Assembly (NCBI GenBank): GCA_041645215.1
Contig: JBAZQK010000005.1
Location: forward strand, 23,562-87,561
Length of the DNA stretch: 64,000 bases
Reading direction: 5' to 3'
Origin: Patescibacteria group bacterium
GTDB taxonomy: Bacteria > Patescibacteriota > Patescibacteriia > Veblenbacterales > UBA10138
Below, piece by piece: positions 20,356 to 30,213 of this stretch. Position numbers and translations under genes: made by a program. Numbering within the stretch: the stretch's first letter is position 1; each line of letters starts with the position of its first letter. The notes under the pieces were generated by a model. That model saw only the letters and a program-made list of their open reading frames with translations. It was not told the DNA's origin and ran no database searches.

Positions 20356-21141
20356 ATGAAAGAGTATTTAGAATTTGCAAAAAAACTTGCTAAAGAAGCC
20401 GAGGAAATAGCTTTAAAATATTTTAGTTTTGAAACGGAAAATACTTGGAAGGAAGACGATACGCCATTAACGAAAGCTGATACGGAAATTAATGATTTGG
20501 TTATAAAAATGATAAATGAAACTTATCCAAACCATAGTATTTTAGGAGAAGAAGAAAGCAATAAAAAAGAAGGGTCACAATGTGTTTGGGTTTGTGATCC
20601 GATTGATGGGACTATAGCTTTTTCTTGTGGCCTACCAATATTTGTTTTCTCAATTGCTCTTGTTGATCAATCAAATGGCCAGCCTATTTTAGGATTAATA
20701 AATGATCCAATAATGAAAAATATGTATTGGGCGTGTAAAGATGGCGGAGCATATAGAAATGGTCAAAAAATATTTGTATCAAAGGATACTACTTTAAAAA
20801 ATACATATTTAAATACCGGCGCTTCAGGAGAAGATGTTGGTTTTTCACCCCTACCACTTATAAAATCACTAAGTGAAAAGAAATGCACGCAAATGAAATT
20901 TCCTTCTTTTATTTATGGTGGCGTTCAAGTGGCTAACGGAAAGTTTGTTGGAGCTGTATATTATGGAAAATACGCTCATGATGTTGCTGCATTAAAAATT
21001 ATTACTGAAGAAGCTGGTGGAAAAGTTACAGATTTAAATGGAGATGAAAGAAGATACGACCAGGATGGAATTGGCTGTGTAGTTTCCAATGGGATTCTTC
21101 ATGATGAAATATTAGAATATGTTAAGTTGGGTAAATTGTGA
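20356..21141 (+). CDS. Inositol monophosphatase family protein (SuhB/HisN-like)
   Basis: WVCDPIDGT matches the IMPase W(x)DPIDGT signature; clearly more AT-rich than its neighbours. Confidence 0.8.
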   Translation: MKEYLEFAKKLAKEAEEIALKYFSFETENTWKEDDTPLTKADTEINDLVIKMINETYPNHSILGEEESNKKEGSQCVWVCDPIDGTIAFSCGLPIFVFSIALVDQSNGQPILGLINDPIMKNMYWACKDGGAYRNGQKIFVSKDTTLKNTYLNTGASGEDVGFSPLPLIKSLSEKKCTQMKFPSFIYGGVQVANGKFVGAVYYGKYAHDVAALKIITEEAGGKVTDLNGDERRYDQDGIGCVVSNGILHDEILEYVKLGKL

Positions 21142-21437
21142 TTCAAAACTAACTGATTAATACACAAAAACAGCGACCGCAAAAGTCGTTGTTTTTATTT
21201 ACAATTTTTTAGGCAGTCGGGTCACGCCGATAAGAAATTGTCTTGGCGGAGAGGGTGTTTTCGGCTTCGGCTCTCGTCGTCCTCCTTAGGAGGACTCCTC
21301 GGGTTAGCCACCGCCTATGGCGGGATCCCGCCTTCATTTAAATTTTAGATTAGCATAGTGGCGGGACAAACCGTTGCCTTAAACCGCCCACCGCTACGCG
21401 GGGCCCCGCCACAGGCGGTGGTCGGCCTAATTCTCAA

Positions 21438-21530
21438 TTGGCGGAAGGGATGGGATTCGAACCCATGAGGCGCTTTTCATGGCGCCACGGTTTAGCAAAC
21501 CGTTGCCTTAAACCACTCGGCCACCCTTCC
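21438..21530 (-). tRNA. tRNA-Ser (anticodon GCT), CCA encoded
   Basis: Cloverleaf built by hand: acceptor ggaaggg/cccttcc, anticodon arm acggt-ttGCTaa-accgt, long variable arm, T-arm atggg-ttcgaat-cccat; flanked by the inverted 11-mers aattctcaattg / caattgagaatt. Confidence 0.8.
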
Positions 21531-21935
21531 ACCAATTGAGAATTAACTAACCAGTTTTTTAAAAGATTCTTCTCTTTTATAACTTTTTATCTCAAATTCT
21601 CTCTTATAGGCTTACTGTTTGTTATTAAACTGTTCATTATAAATTAATATTCAAGGCGCTCCCCATTTTGTAGATTTATTACCTCCTTTGTTATGCCTTT
21701 TCAAACGAGTTGCTGTACTTGTAGTTGAACCTACATAATATCTGCTGGATATCAGACTCTTAATTATATAGATATAATACATAGCTCTTCCGAATTCTGA
21801 AAATTGGCGGAGGCGAGAGGCCCGGTAGTATTAAGCTGCGCTTAAACTACTGGGTAAAATTCTCACCTTAGTTTAGAATAGCAGTTTTTCCACCCAAGGT
21901 GGATATGCCTCTGGTGGACAAGATTCCTTACTAGT

Positions 21936-22004
21936 GCGGAGAGGGTGGGATTCGATCCCTCGGTACCTTGCGGCACAACGGTTTTTCGCGACCCCGTAAG
22001 AGAG
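21936..22004 (-). other. tRNA-derived 3' fragment (T-arm plus acceptor 3' strand) directly abutting tRNA-Ser(TGA)
   Basis: gagggatcgaatcccaccctctccgca resembles the 3' end of tRNA-Ser(GCT) (gggttcgaatcccatcccttccgcca); no matching 5' acceptor strand found. Confidence 0.4.
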
Positions 22005-22091
22005 CGGTGGGGGCGAGATTCGAACTCGCGGTCCGTTTTGGCGGACTCCGGTTTTCAAGACCGGTGCACTAAACCACTATGCGACCCCACC
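22005..22091 (-). tRNA. tRNA-Ser (anticodon TGA)
   Basis: Acceptor ggtgggg/ccccacc, anticodon arm ccggt-ctTGAaa-accgg, long variable arm, T-arm gcgag-ttcgaat-ctcgc; CCA not encoded. Confidence 0.8.
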
Positions 22092-22459
22092 ATAAGATTA
22101 TATTAGATTTATTGTGAAGTTTTTCCGCCTCCGCTATTAATGTTCAGCTTCGGCGGATTGCTGTTTGTTGCCAATCGCGTCGCTCTTGGACAAACAGGGA
22201 ACAAGACTGCCGCCTTCAACCGCTCGGCCACCCCACCGCTCTCTTACGGGGCAAGTTGTCCGATTAAACCCCCGCCCCGTGTCCCCGCTTAGCGGGGTAC
22301 TATCGGGGACTCTCGCACCTCTCTGTACTGATTTAGAATAATGTTGCTTTTGTCACTCCGGTTTATCCCGTCTTGTCTGCGGGTCACGCCTTCAAAAAGC
22401 TAACTTAGTATAGTAATTGACAGTTTAAGTGTCAACGCTACGAATTAACTAACCGTTAA

Positions 22460-23578
22460 TTAACTAACCCATTGCCAGTTAACAAATCGCGCTACGCTTA
22501 ATATTAACAGCGGTATGGAAATGGCCAAATACAAATACCACAGCCATTTATTTTTTAGCTGGCTAATTACTATAAATATGGGCAATATTGCCAATATAAA
22601 GCGGGGCAGGCTGCCGAGTGTGTCGGAGAAAAGCGAGGGTAATATAGTGAGAACAGCCAACAAAGCGTAGCTTTTATCTAACCGCCATAGTTTGGGCAAA
22701 CATATAAGTACCAATCCCAGCGCCGCCAGCTCGCTCAAATGAACTAGCCACCGGTCGCCCTGGGTTAAAACATTGTGAATCGTGCCGGCTAATAATTTAT
22801 GCGGCCAAACTAAGTGCCGCGCGGCCAAAGTTTGGCCGTGCAGCCAAGCCAATGGATCACCGACCAGGTAGTAAAGGTATACACTAAAAGCCACTAGTCC
22901 GAGCGGTGGAATTAAAAGCGGTATTAAAGTACGCCGGTTTAGTAACTTTTTATTAAGCCACTGTTTAGTTAGTAGGACTGGCCACAAAAATATTCCCACT
23001 GGCCGACTGGCGCTGGCCAGTCCAGCTGTTACACTTGAGCTAAACCAGTGATTTTGTTCAACCAGCTAAAATGTTAAAGCTGACAGCAGCAACAAAGTGG
23101 ATTCGCTATAGGCACTAACCATAAAAAATGATGTTGGAAACGCCAATAAAGTTATTAGGCTGTAGTTGGCTGTTAAGCGAGAGTATTTTTGATCAAGCCA
23201 GCGCCAAAATACTAAACTAAAAAGCAGAGCCATTGCGTTTGCTATTACCACTCCAGCTAACAAAGAGCGCAGGTTTGTAACCAGTTTAGTTATTTTCCAT
23301 AACAGCGGGTAAAGCGGGAAAAAAGTAACATTGGACATAGCATCGGTTTTAAACCAATAACTATGATCAACAATGCTGGCGTACCAGCCGCTGTCCCAGC
23401 GGGCAAGCAGCGGCGCTTGTTGTTCCCAAGGCCAAGGATTAATAGGCGGCGTTAAATAAAAATTCGCCAGCCGGGCGACAATTTCTATACTTATCCGCCA
23501 CAGTAAAAAAAATAACAGCGGCGTCAGCCACCAGTACTTATTAAGCAGGGATTTAAGTTTGTAGAAAAAGTTAACCAT
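22460..23578 (-). pseudogene. Polytopic membrane glycosyltransferase-like gene interrupted by one in-frame TAG (ORFs 23066..23578 and 22460..22999 share a frame)
   Basis: Upstream ORF ends ...LLLSALTF-TAG; the following 22 codons have no stop and lead in-frame to the GTG start of the next ORF; WDSGWYASIVDHSYW motif resembles PMT/PIG-V-type transferases. Confidence 0.5.
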
Positions 23579-23692
23579 GATTATTTAGTATTCAGTTTTT
23601 TTGTATTCTCAATTCCTAATTCATGATTCCTAATTCTAACTATTCTTAACTCGCTCTTCGGTATTCGTAATTCCATTTTCTATTTTGGTATA

Positions 23693-24418
23693 TTATCCTT
23701 TGGCCACGGTCAGTCCCCAGACTTCCATAGCGCCGGCCGCTTTAAGCAGTTTGGCGCATTCTTGCAAAGTGGCGCCGGAGGTGTAAACATCGTCAACCAA
23801 AATATAAACTTGGTTTTGGCAATCAATTCCCGCTTTTAATTTGAAGACGTTTTGCAGATTTTGTCGGCGTTTAGCCGGGTCGGTTATTTTACTCTGCGGC
23901 TGGGTGCCGCGCGTTCGTTCAATGATATCGGCTATTTGCAAATTAGCCGCCTCGCTAACCACCTGCGCCAACAGCGCGGCTTGGTTAAAACCGCGTTCGC
24001 GCGCTCGCCACTTGGCCAATGGTACGGGTACCAAAAACCAGTTGCTGCGCGGCGTTGCGTGCCAGGGCGGCGGTAAATTGTAGACGCGCAAGGTGGTAAT
24101 AAGTATTTGCCCCAAAATCGGCACCGCGGCCGTTAAGAATTGGTATTTTAAACCGGAGATTAATTTTTTTATTAAGCGGTTGCTGTAAGATTGGCTGCAC
24201 CACAGGCCGTTCAGCGATTGGTTGCTATTACAGTTTTCACAAAACTCACCAACCGGACTGTTGGCGCCGCAAGTCGGGCAAGTTAGTTGTCGGGGATAAG
24301 TTAGTTCAGCTAAGCAGAGCGGGCAGGCCCAGTCGTTAAATTGGCCGCAACCGGCACAACGTTGCGGGAACAAAGCTTCCACCAGCCAATTAAAAAATTG
24401 TTTTAAAGTTTGCCTCAT
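23693..24418 (-). CDS. comFC: ComF family protein (double zinc ribbon plus phosphoribosyltransferase domain)
   Basis: CxxC pairs (CAGCG...CPLC, CPTCG...CENC) and a PRTase motif ILVDDVYTSGAT. Confidence 0.8.
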   Translation of the reverse strand: MRQTLKQFFNWLVEALFPQRCAGCGQFNDWACPLCLAELTYPRQLTCPTCGANSPVGEFCENCNSNQSLNGLWCSQSYSNRLIKKLISGLKYQFLTAAVPILGQILITTLRVYNLPPPWHATPRSNWFLVPVPLAKWRARERGFNQAALLAQVVSEAANLQIADIIERTRGTQPQSKITDPAKRRQNLQNVFKLKAGIDCQNQVYILVDDVYTSGATLQECAKLLKAAGAMEVWGLTVAKG

Positions 24419-24644
24419 AACCTTCCAGTTAAAGATGGTGAGATGGTTTCAAAACTCATTTCTGCTGTAATTTCATCTTTTCGGCTGCGACTTCGTCAGG
24501 CTTCGCAAACAGGATTTCACCGTAGTTCTACTACGTTTCAATTCTTTTGGCCGCCTTCCTCGTCTCGTTCAATCCGCCCAAGTTTTCTTTCAGAAAATTT
24601 AGGCGGACGCCACGAAAGAGTTTTGGAACCATCTCGCGGTAAAA

Positions 24645-27173
24645 TTATTGAATTATAAGTTTACCGTCTTTAACTTTAATTTTAACTTGACCGGACAGTT
24701 TAATTGTCCCCGCAATCAGTTGGTTGGTTAAATTATCCTCCAATTCGCTTTGTAAAAGTCGTCTGATGCCGCGCGCCCCTTGTTCGGGCGAGAAGGTTAA
24801 ACGAGCAATGGCGCGGGCGGCCCCCGGCGCTAAACGCACGGTAAGTTTTATTTTTTGCCGCGTCAGGCGTTGGTTGAATTCGCTTATTTGCAGCTGAACG
24901 ATTTTAGCCAGGTCAGATTCGGACAGGGGATTGAATACCAGTACGCCGTCCAGTCGGTTTAAAAATTCAGGCCGGAAAAATTTTTTAACCTCGTCCAGCA
25001 ACTGGTTTTTGGTTTGTTGGAAATTGGCCTGAAAGTTTTCCAGGGTTGATTTGCCGCCGGCGTCAAAACCAAGCCGGGCTTGTTGGTTTAATTCATTCAA
25101 ACCCAAATTGGACGTCATTATTATAAGGGTGTTTTTAAAGTTGATTTGTTTGCCGGCGGCGTCGGTTAAATGGCCGTCTTCCAGAATTTGCAGCAGCAAG
25201 TTAAACACATCAGGATGGGCTTTTTCAATTTCATCAAACAATACCACACTGAATGGTTGCCGTTTAATAAGGTCGGTTAACTTATTACTGTCTTTGTAGC
25301 CAACATAGCCGGCCGGAGCGCCAATCAGTTTAGAAATGTTAAAGGCTTCGGAAAATTCCGACATATCCAAACGAATTAAGGCGTGGCGGTTTTTAAATAC
25401 TTGTTCGGCTATTACTTTGGCCAGTTCAGTTTTGCCCACGCCTGACGGTCCCAGAAAAATGAATGAGCCGATCGGGCGCAGTGGATTGCCCAAACCCAAC
25501 CGGGCGCGGCGGATAGCCTGCGTGATCGCTTGAATAGCTTCGCTCTGGCCAACTATATGCTGACCAATTAAGGCTTCCAGTTTATTGAGTTGCAAGCGTT
25601 CCTTGGCCACCAGTTCGGTTAGCGGCACGCCGGTGATTTGGGCCACGATTTCGGCCACTTGTTGGCGGGTAACTGTCAATTTGGGGTTGGCGGGGCGGGG
25701 GTCAAATTGACCAGCGAGCTGATCTAAACCAAGGGCTACTTTACCAGCCTCGGTTTTGTAGCTCATCGCCTGTGAGAAATTTTCCAGCTTGATGGCATTT
25801 TCCTTAGCTTGGTTTAACTCTTTTAGTTTAGTTTCCAGTTCGCGCCGAGTTATTAATTTGTTGTCAGTTGGTTGAGTAACTTTTAGTTTGGAGGCGGCTT
25901 CGTCCAGCAAGTCAATGGCCTTATCAGGTAAAAATTTTTCCGGCAGATAGCGCTCGGACAATTCCACCGCCGCCTCAATCGCCTCGTTGCTTATATTAAC
26001 ACCATGAAAAAGTTCATAATTATGGCGCAGGCCGTTGAGCACGCTAATGGTTTCCGCCGGCGTTGGTTCGGCGACTTTAACCACTTGAAAGCGGCGTTCC
26101 AGGGCCGCGTCGGATTCAATTGATTTTTTATAGTCTTCCGGCGTGGTGGCGCCAATGCAGCGGATTAACCCTTTGGCCAAAGCCGGCTTGATAAGGTTGG
26201 CCAGGTCAAGCGATCCCGGCGCCGCGCCCGCGCCGATAATGGTGTGAATTTCGTCAATGAATATTATTATTTCCTCGTGAACCTTAAGCTCGTCCAATAT
26301 TTGTTTAAGCCGGTTTTCAAATTCGCCCCGGTACATTGTGCCGGCAATAATTAGTCCCAAATCCAGCGCGTAGATTTTTTTGTCCATTAAGAATTCCGGC
26401 ACTTGGCCGTCCATAATTCGTTTGGCTAAACCTTCCACAATAGCGGTTTTACCCACTCCGGGGTCGCCGAGCAGCAGGGGATTGTTTTTGGTGCGCCGCG
26501 CCAGAATATTTATTAAGCGGTCAATTTCGCCGTGGCGGCCAATTACCGGGTCAACTTTACGTTGGATTTCGTCAGCGGTTAAGTCAGTACAAAAAAAATC
26601 AAGCGCCGGCGTTTCGGCGCCAGCCTGGTCGTCGGTTTTTTCTTCATTGTCAAGCAAGAGCTGTGCTAAGTCGGGAAAACGCGAAGCGCTTTTTAAAGCC
26701 GATACCACTTGCAATTTTAATACAGTGGGGGTTATGTCTAACTTTTTCCACAGGTCAGATATAGTTAAGTCGTCACTAATGGTAAAGGCATAGAGCAAGT
26801 GTTCACTGCCAATGTAGTGGTGATTAAATCGCCAGGCGGTGGCGATTGATTTTTCCACCAGCTTTTTAGCGGTAACCGTTAAATAATCGGTCAATATAAT
26901 CATCCAGTTTACCGGTTCGTAAGGCGCCGGCGCTAGTGGCGGCCGGGTAACAACATTGTCCGTCACCGAATTGTACAACCGTTGTCGGACAGTTACCGGT
27001 GTTAAAGTTTGTTTGTTTAAAAAATCATTAGCTAACGAGCCTTGTTCCAAAGTCAGGGCATAAAATAAATCAACCGCCGTTACCTGCGGCCGGCCAGATT
27101 CGGCCGCGACGCGATGGGCGATGGCTAAAATGCGTTGATAATGAGTGGTGAATTTGGAGAGAATGTCCGGCAT
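24645..27173 (-). CDS. Clp/Hsp100 family AAA+ chaperone (ClpB/ClpC-like), two nucleotide-binding domains
   Basis: Clp_N-like N-terminus; Walker A GDPGVGKT (NBD1) and GPSGVGKT (NBD2); RFQVVKV sensor region. Confidence 0.85.
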   Translation of the reverse strand: MPDILSKFTTHYQRILAIAHRVAAESGRPQVTAVDLFYALTLEQGSLANDFLNKQTLTPVTVRQRLYNSVTDNVVTRPPLAPAPYEPVNWMIILTDYLTVTAKKLVEKSIATAWRFNHHYIGSEHLLYAFTISDDLTISDLWKKLDITPTVLKLQVVSALKSASRFPDLAQLLLDNEEKTDDQAGAETPALDFFCTDLTADEIQRKVDPVIGRHGEIDRLINILARRTKNNPLLLGDPGVGKTAIVEGLAKRIMDGQVPEFLMDKKIYALDLGLIIAGTMYRGEFENRLKQILDELKVHEEIIIFIDEIHTIIGAGAAPGSLDLANLIKPALAKGLIRCIGATTPEDYKKSIESDAALERRFQVVKVAEPTPAETISVLNGLRHNYELFHGVNISNEAIEAAVELSERYLPEKFLPDKAIDLLDEAASKLKVTQPTDNKLITRRELETKLKELNQAKENAIKLENFSQAMSYKTEAGKVALGLDQLAGQFDPRPANPKLTVTRQQVAEIVAQITGVPLTELVAKERLQLNKLEALIGQHIVGQSEAIQAITQAIRRARLGLGNPLRPIGSFIFLGPSGVGKTELAKVIAEQVFKNRHALIRLDMSEFSEAFNISKLIGAPAGYVGYKDSNKLTDLIKRQPFSVVLFDEIEKAHPDVFNLLLQILEDGHLTDAAGKQINFKNTLIIMTSNLGLNELNQQARLGFDAGGKSTLENFQANFQQTKNQLLDEVKKFFRPEFLNRLDGVLVFNPLSESDLAKIVQLQISEFNQRLTRQKIKLTVRLAPGAARAIARLTFSPEQGARGIRRLLQSELEDNLTNQLIAGTIKLSGQVKIKVKDGKLIIQ

Positions 27174-27268
27174 GATAGGAAATTAAAAATTGAAAAATCA
27201 AAATGCAAAATAATAAGGTAAAATCCAGAAATTGAATTTTTATTTTTTATTTTTGAATTTTTAATTTC
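27174..27268. repeat. About 90-bp AT-rich palindromic hairpin element
   Basis: aggaaattaaaaattgaaaaatcaaaatgcaaaat ... atttttgaatttttaatttcct, near-perfect inverted arms. Confidence 0.8.
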
Positions 27269-28159
27269 CTATGCCATTTGCCGCAAAGCTTTTACCCGTT
27301 CGGCAAGGGGCGGATGAGTGGAGAGCAATTTAGTCATACGCTTGGCGCCGGCGCCAAACGGTGAGCTTATGTACAGATGAGCCGTCGCCTGCGAAGCCCG
27401 TTGCAACGGCTGGCCGTCGGCCGCGATTTTTTCCAAGGCCCGGGCCAAACCTTCGGGGTAGCGGGTAGCCAGCGCGCCGGCGGCGTCAGCCAAGTATTCG
27501 CGTTTGCGTGAAATCGCCAATTTAATAAGATTAGCGATTAGGGGGGACAGTATGGCTAAGATTAAGCCGACCATCATAATTACGCCACTGCCGTTGTTTT
27601 GATTGCCAAAGCGGCGGCCGGCGCCAAAAAATAATTGCGAACGTAAAAATATATCGGACAAAATTACTATCATGCCAACCAAAACAATCACCAGCGTGCC
27701 CAGACGAATGTCTAAGTTTTTAATGTGGGATAATTCATGGGCAATTACGCCTTCCAGTTCCTCGTTGGCCAGTTTGGCCACCAGGCCTTGGGTTAAGGCA
27801 ATGGACGAGTGTTGCGGGTCGCGACCGGTGGCAAAAGCGTTCATAGCCTGGTCCGGTATCAGGTAAACTTTTGGCATGGGCAAGCCTTGGCTAATGCATA
27901 AATTTTCTACCAAATTCCACACGTATGAATTATCCGTCTTGCTGATAGGGTAAGCTCCCGCCAGGCCAAGGGCGATTTTATCGCCGGCGTAGTAGCCGGT
28001 TAACGCCATTACAATCGCGATTAGGCCGGCGATAGTTAGCGGGCCATATAAAGAGCCGCTGGATAAACCCATTACATAGCCGAGCGCCAGTATAACCACC
28101 AAGAATATGGTTATTAAGGCCCAGGTTTTTTGCTTGTTAGCGGTAATTTGGGAGTACAT
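27269..28159 (-). CDS. htpX: Protease HtpX (M48 family)
   Basis: HELSHIKNLD HExxH motif; TM helices; paired with lemA as commonly seen. Confidence 0.85.
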   Translation of the reverse strand: MYSQITANKQKTWALITIFLVVILALGYVMGLSSGSLYGPLTIAGLIAIVMALTGYYAGDKIALGLAGAYPISKTDNSYVWNLVENLCISQGLPMPKVYLIPDQAMNAFATGRDPQHSSIALTQGLVAKLANEELEGVIAHELSHIKNLDIRLGTLVIVLVGMIVILSDIFLRSQLFFGAGRRFGNQNNGSGVIMMVGLILAILSPLIANLIKLAISRKREYLADAAGALATRYPEGLARALEKIAADGQPLQRASQATAHLYISSPFGAGAKRMTKLLSTHPPLAERVKALRQMA

Positions 28160-28384
28160 GATAGGAAATTTAAAATTGAAAAATCAAAAATTAAAATGAA
28201 GAAAAATAATTTTAAATTTTACATTGCCTGCCCGCCAGCGGCCTCGCTTAATTAAAAATAAGTTATTTAGTGTTATGTCTTTTTGTTTAACACTATCGTT
28301 GGCCTTAGGACAGGCTTTGGCGGGCATCGTTTAGCGGGGCAGGCGGGTTATTTTTCATTTTGATATTTACATTTTTAATTGTCT
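28160..28384. repeat. About 220-bp composite intergenic element (AT-rich arms plus GC-rich core), copy 1 flanking lemA
   Basis: ataggaaatttaaaattgaaaaatcaaaa ... ttttacattgcctgcccgcc ... ggcaggcgggttatttttcattttgatatttacatttttaatt; long-range complementarity between cattgcctgcccgcc and ggcgggcaggc.. Confidence 0.7.
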
Positions 28385-28942
28385 TTAAAATTTTACCTCC
28401 ACATTCGCCTTTTCCGCTTCATTATCCATTTCAAAAAATTCCCGCTTGGCAAAGTTAAAAGTCTGGCCGACCAAATTGGAGGGGAAGGTTTCCAAAGCGG
28501 TGTTAAGGTCGCGTACCAAGCCGTTGTAAAAGCGGCGAGCGGCCTGAATTTTATTTTCGGTATCAGCTAACTCGTCCTGCAGTTTGGCAAAATTGACATT
28601 GGCTTTTAGTTCCGGGTAAGCCTCGGCCACGGCGAACAAACTTTTTAAAGCGTCACTTAGCATGTTTTCGGTTTGTTGCTTGTCAGCCACGCCTTGGGCG
28701 TTAATCGCCCGACTGCGCGCTTCGGTTACGGCGGCAAAAACTTTAGCCTCGTGCGCGGCGTAACCCTTGACCGTGCTGACCAGGTTGGGTATTAGGTCGT
28801 GGCGGCGTTTAAGCTGCACGTCAATATCGCTCCAGCCCTCGGCGCTGCGATTTTTTAAGGTTATTAGCCGGTTAAAGGTGGCAACTAACCAGCCGAGCAA
28901 TATAGCCGCGCCGCCGATGATTAGCCAAGCAAGTGTGGACAT
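28385..28942 (-). CDS. lemA: LemA family protein
   Basis: N-terminal TM segment followed by the LemA domain (NRLITLKNRSAEGWSDIDVQLKRRHDLIPNLV). Confidence 0.85.
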   Translation of the reverse strand: MSTLAWLIIGGAAILLGWLVATFNRLITLKNRSAEGWSDIDVQLKRRHDLIPNLVSTVKGYAAHEAKVFAAVTEARSRAINAQGVADKQQTENMLSDALKSLFAVAEAYPELKANVNFAKLQDELADTENKIQAARRFYNGLVRDLNTALETFPSNLVGQTFNFAKREFFEMDNEAEKANVEVKF

Positions 28943-29017
28943 ATTATTTAGTAATTAATGATAAATTATTAATATTTAGCAAATTGTAGTTTAGCATTTT
29001 GACGATAAAAAATCAAC

Positions 29018-29240
29018 CATAGGAAATTTAAAATGTAAATATCAAAAATAAAAATTAAATTTCTGAATTTTACATTTTACATTGCCTGCCCGCCATCAGC
29101 TTCTTGCAATCAACGTACTTTAACTAAGGCGGTAAAGCGTTGATTTATAAAGCGGGTGTGTTTGGTATAGGCTTAGGCAGGTTGGTTATTTTACATTTTG
29201 ATTTTTAAATTTTGCATTAATTAAATAAAAATAGGCCCGT
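29018..29240. repeat. About 220-bp composite intergenic element, copy 2 flanking lemA
   Basis: ataggaaatttaaaatgtaaatatcaaaaataaaaatt ... ttttacattttacattgcctgcccgcc ... ggcaggttggttattttacattttgatttttaaattttgcatt; same architecture as 28160..28384. Confidence 0.7.
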
Positions 29241-29281
29241 TTTAGCGAACCCATTTTTAATCAGTTTGCTAAAATATTGCT

Positions 29282-29824
29282 TTACTTTATATTCAGCACT
29301 TCAATGCGTGAAGCCGTAAATTCTGTTTGGTCCTTAATGTTGGCGGCCGAGACCACTGTAACTTGGTCACCGGTTTTAATATCAGACAATTTTATATTCT
29401 CTTGTTTGAACAGGTTGGCGCCGCCTTCCTTGGGCAGTACCTTGGGAATGGTGCGGCTGATGATTTGGGTGTTATCGTCAGCTTTTACCTTAAGCGCAGT
29501 TTCGACTTTTAAGTAATTTACATTTGGTTTGGCTGAAACCGTAATCGTGTCGCCAGCGACGGCGGTAACTTCGCCAACATAGGAGTAAACCTCGCTGGGT
29601 ACTACCGGAGCCGGTGGTTGGTTAGGATTAGGCTGTTCATTGCCGTTGGCGGCCGCTTGTTCTTGGTTGGTTAGATTAGCCTTGTCGGATTTATCGCCCG
29701 CTGGCTTGTTAGACGATAAATAATAACCAATGGCGACTAAGACTATCGCCACCAAGGCAACTACCACTAAAATCGTGGTGGTGTTGCTACTGGGCTTTTG
29801 CGGGGACATTGGCGTGTCATTCAT
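29282..29824 (-). CDS. Hypothetical membrane-anchored protein with Pro/Asn/Gln-rich linker
   Basis: N-terminal TM helix ILVVVALVAIVLVAIGYYL followed by a low-complexity region. Confidence 0.4.
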   Translation of the reverse strand: MNDTPMSPQKPSSNTTTILVVVALVAIVLVAIGYYLSSNKPAGDKSDKANLTNQEQAAANGNEQPNPNQPPAPVVPSEVYSYVGEVTAVAGDTITVSAKPNVNYLKVETALKVKADDNTQIISRTIPKVLPKEGGANLFKQENIKLSDIKTGDQVTVVSAANIKDQTEFTASRIEVLNIK

Positions 29825-30213
29825 AGGTTTTATGTTAAGTGGCCGGTTTAACCGGCGAAATAAATTTCTAGATAAACTACCTTTATACTTTACTAGCTTT
29901 ACCCGTAAGTTGTCAAAATAATTACCAATGCCATATCTGTAGTAAGATTCGCTCGCTCATTAGGAATGGGTTTTTAATCATGTTTGCTTAGAAGCAGATA
30001 ATATGCTATAATAAACTTATATTACTGGTAATTAGAAATTTACGGCTGTTAGATTTAGGAATTAAAGGTTATAATAGTAGTTAAGGTAATCTACCATTAT
30101 GATTGTTATAGACACCGAGCGCGAATTCCATTTTGTCCTTCTTCGTCCACCTTTTCGGGGACTACGGCGGAGCAGGCTGGCTAATATGCTATAATAGCTT
30201 TATCTAAGAACTA

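Noticed and set aside
21180-21440. SRP RNA, tmRNA or RNase P RNA
   Set aside because: Hairpin-rich, but none of the signature motifs recognised (no GGAA/AGCA domain IV of SRP RNA, no tmRNA tRNA-like 3' end plus tag ORF, no RNase P GGAAAGUCCGG / ACAGAAA motifs). It shares segments with the neighbouring tRNA, so it is better read as a tRNA-derived remnant. An Rfam scan would settle this.
21873-22058. 61-aa ORF on the minus strand
   Set aside because: Lies entirely over tRNA-Ser(TGA) and the adjacent tRNA fragment; spurious.
22460-23578. Genome-wide TAG recoding as the explanation for the in-frame amber codon
   Set aside because: Only one in-frame TAG was seen in this window, and other genes appear to end normally with TAA/TGA/TAG. 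A pseudogene or sequencing error is the more economical explanation unless genome-wide evidence appears.
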